DNA of 64,000 nt, from positions 6,574,001 through 6,638,000 of the forward strand of contig NC_058383.1 in the NCBI RefSeq assembly GCF_018350175.1, given 5' to 3'. Of the stretch, positions 61,001 to 64,000 are shown piece after piece. Within the stretch, counting starts at the first letter, position 1, and the number at the start of each line of letters is the position of its first letter. The position numbers and the translations under genes were made by a program. Origin of the DNA: Felis catus (taxonomy: Eukaryota). A model generated the notes under the pieces. The model was given only the letters and a program-made list of their open reading frames with translations, did not search any database and was not told the DNA's origin.

Positions 61001-63580
61001 GGGCTCTGTGCTGACAGCTCAGAGCCTGGAGCCTGCTTCAGATTCTGTGTCTCCCTCTCTCTCTGCCCCTTCCCCACTCACGTTCTCTCTCTTAAAAATA
61101 AATAAACACTAAAAAATTGGAAAAAAAAAAAAAAAAAAAGCTTGTTTTTTTGTTTGGTTTTGTTTTTGTTTTTTTGAGAGAGAGTGAGCAAATGCTGGAG
61201 AGGGGCAGAGACAGAGGGAGAGAGAATTCCAAGTGTCAGTACAGAGCCCGATAAAGGGCTCAATCTCAGGAACCATGAGATCATGACCTAAGCCAAAACC
61301 AAGGGTCAGATATTTAACGGACTGAGCCACCCAGGCGCCCCAAGAAACACCGTATTTTAACTATGAAAACATACTCACATCGTGACCACATTCAGGGGCT
61401 GGCATGGTGCCTTGGCACATCACAGGAGAAAAGGCCAACAATTAAAAATTTATTTTTGTATATATTTAGACATATAGAGTGTTTCCTTAACAAAAACTAA
61501 ACATTTATAAGCATGGGGGTCGGGGGGGTGGGAATCACATTAGGCTTAAGGAAAGCCAAACACAGCACCATCACAAAACTCCAGGAGATGAACAGATTCA
61601 TCAGAGATGCATCTATACTTTTTCCAAGAATTTCTCTTAATGGAAGACAAAGACCGCAGTCTTTAGGCAGTCATACTGGAACCCTCCCCCAACACTTCTG
61701 CAGTGCCGCATATCCCTCTGCACTCTACCAGTGGTGCAGTGACGAACAGAGTAGACTCAGGGGTCAAGTATTCTGGGTTTAGTGGCTCTTCACTTCTGTG
61801 TGCCCTTGGACCAGTTACTGCCCTCTGTGCCTCAGTTTCGTCCTTTGTAAGATAAGGTTAAGAATAGCATTTACCATAAGAAACTCTTAAAAACTGAGAA
61901 CAAACTGAGGGTTGATGGGGGGTGGGAGGGAGGGGAGGGTGGGTGATGGGTATTGAGGAGGGCACCTTTTGGGATGAGCACTGGGTGTTGTATGGAAACC
62001 AATTTGACAACAAACTTCATATATTGAAAAAAAAAAAAAAGAATAGCATTCACCTTGGTACTTGGCTCTAGGTACTATGTAAATAGATTTTTTTTTAATG
62101 TTCATTTATTTTTGAGAGAGAGAATGAGAGGGGTAGAGAGAAAGAATTCTAAGCAGGCTCTGTCCTGTCAGTGCAGAGCCCAACGCAAGGCTCCAACTGT
62201 GAGATCATGACATGAGCCATAATCAAGGGTCGGATGCTTTAACAGACTGAGCCACCCAGGTGCCCCTAGGTACTAAGTAAATGGAAATTATCTTTCTGCC
62301 TATGGGCTATGTGAAGGTGGAAACAACACCACACACAGTTCGTGGTCATGGCAGACTTACAGTGAAGGTTGACAAAGGGGTACATGTTTTTGGGAGGGTA
62401 GGTGGCTACCTGGCCTGACTTTATGACTTCAAAGAAGCATACTGTCCACCTACATGAAGAGGCATGAAAATGCTAAGTATCTTCTGAATGCTAAATCCAG
62501 CTCCAGGGGTTGGCCAGAGAGTAAAAATTTTAAGCCAGATAGAGCCTCTGTAACACAGTTGCTGGATGTTTTGTTTTGTTTTGTTTTTATAAACCATTCT
62601 TGGGGCGCCTGGGTGACTCAGTCGGTTAAGTGCCCAACTCTTGATTTTGGCTCTGGTCATGATCTCATGGTTCTTGAGTTCGAAACCCACATTGGGCTCT
62701 GTGCTGACAGTGCAGAGCCTGCTCGGGATTCTCTCTCTCCCTCACTCTCAAAAAACAAATAAATAAACTAAACACACACACACACACGACATCATTCTTA
62801 GTCCACAGACCATACAAAAACAGACCACAGGAAATCTAGCCCATTGGCCAGTTTGCTGACCCAATTTCATCTATGCTGTTAATTCATATTTTCATCACTT
62901 TGTTAATAAACTAGTGGCTTTATGCTCTGGTGACAGACACCATCTAAATGATCATCAGTACTTAGGAGACTTGGGCTTCAATTCCTTCACCTGTCATGTT
63001 GTGGGATGGACCAGAAGTGACATGACCCCGTTCAGTGGTCACAGAGTGAAAGCTGAGATGACTAGCACTGGGCCAGGCAGTGTTTCAAGGACCTTACATG
63101 TACTAAGTTGTTTAGTCCTTAGTCCACAGTGCTCATCACTCCACTCTACTTAAACAAGATGCCAAGTCTCAATGCTTCCTTTTCACATGTCATCCTGTTT
63201 TAAACAACACAACCACTGTTGATATTCTCATGCCTGTTTCTACAGATGGGAAAAACAGCATCATTCTCATCTGATCCCCTCTTCATTTCTCCATGCTGAT
63301 ATTAAGAATATAGAAACTGGGTAAGACACACATGGGTTCATCAACCTTGTTTCAGGCAGGCCACACCACATCTCTGACCATTATTTTCACCTTTAAAATT
63401 GGGGCACCTGGGTGGCTCGGTCAGCTGAGCGGGGAATTCTTGATTTCAGCTCAGGTCATGATCGCTGTTTGTGGATGGAGCCCCAAGACCGGCTCTGTGC
63501 TGTCAGCACAGATCCTGCTTGGGATTCTCTCTCTCCCTCTCTTTCTTCTCCTCCCCCGTTCACGTGCGCTCTCTAAATAA
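58010..63580. mobile_element. Cluster of about 11 Can-SINEs in ATP5MF intron 1
   Basis: Approximate copies: 58010-58225(+), 59078-59250(+), 59321-59535(+), 59615-59783(-), 60379-60570(+), 60588-60812(+, young), 60919-61140(+), 61142-61341(-), 62088-62266(-), 62602-62787(+), 63401-63580(+). Confidence 0.9.
61872..62040 (+). mobile_element. Very short L1 3'-end insertion inside a MIR-like element
   Basis: L1 3' UTR gggatgagcactgggtgttgtatggaaacc plus A tail; TSD aagaatagcatt at 61860-61871 and 62039-62050. Confidence 0.88.
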
Positions 63581-64000
63581 ACATATCTTTAATACAATGG
63601 AATCAACCTTCCAGACAGAGACTTACTGACAAGGCTACTGTGAGGATCTAGGATTAAAAAATGGTTTCCATACCAAAAAAAAAAAAAAAAAAAGTGAGTC
63701 AGTACGATGAGTGTAGATTTATACACACGTCACTGAAAAGCTTGCAGATCATAAGGCCACACTTGCAATTAAAGCTCAGTTTACCACGAGGCCCCAGACA
63801 CCTAGGTTTGCATCCTAGCTCAGCCCTCTCACTAGTTGTGACCTTGAACGAGCCACTTCACCTCTCTAAGCCTACTCAACGCACATTCAACATATATGCA
63901 TGCGTCCAACCTTACGTGGCGTCACGCACATCCTGGGTGTCAGCTCCTCCGGTAGCTTAATTTGAGCTTCAGCTTTGGGAAGAAGGGCAGAAGCTGCGCG

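Overview
This is mammalian genomic DNA. Young tRNA-derived SINEs of the felid SINEC_Fc type suggest a cat-family genome, and the gene order matches the human 7q22.1 block. By hand I can assemble four complete intron-containing genes with GT-AG junctions and consistent frames: PDAP1 (-, 182 aa), BUD31 (+, 144 aa), PTCD1 (-, 705 aa) and CPSF4 (+, 269 aa). Exons 2-4 of ATP5MF (-) are also present, with exon 1 just beyond the right edge. PDAP1/BUD31 and PTCD1/CPSF4 share bidirectional CpG-island promoters, and BUD31/PTCD1 and CPSF4/ATP5MF converge tail-to-tail. Most ORFs in the supplied track are spurious. Main observations: (1) CPSF4 intron 2 holds a sense-oriented retrocopy with a 15-bp target-site duplication (TSD); it starts at the 5' end of the H/ACA snoRNA SNORA70, keeps the rest of that RPL10 intron, then runs into spliced RPL10 exons and poly(A). 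(2) CPSF4 intron 6 has a candidate 65-nt cassette exon plus four possible acceptors for exon 7, giving NMD, frame-rescued or alternative-C-terminus outcomes. (3) One PTCD1 acceptor is CAG-TAG, and its proximal AG would insert a stop codon. (4) The ATP5MF-PTCD1 read-through junction is in frame. (5) A strong-Kozak upstream ATG is in frame with BUD31. Gene and repeat names come from my recognition of the sequences, not from a database search, and repeat boundaries are approximate.
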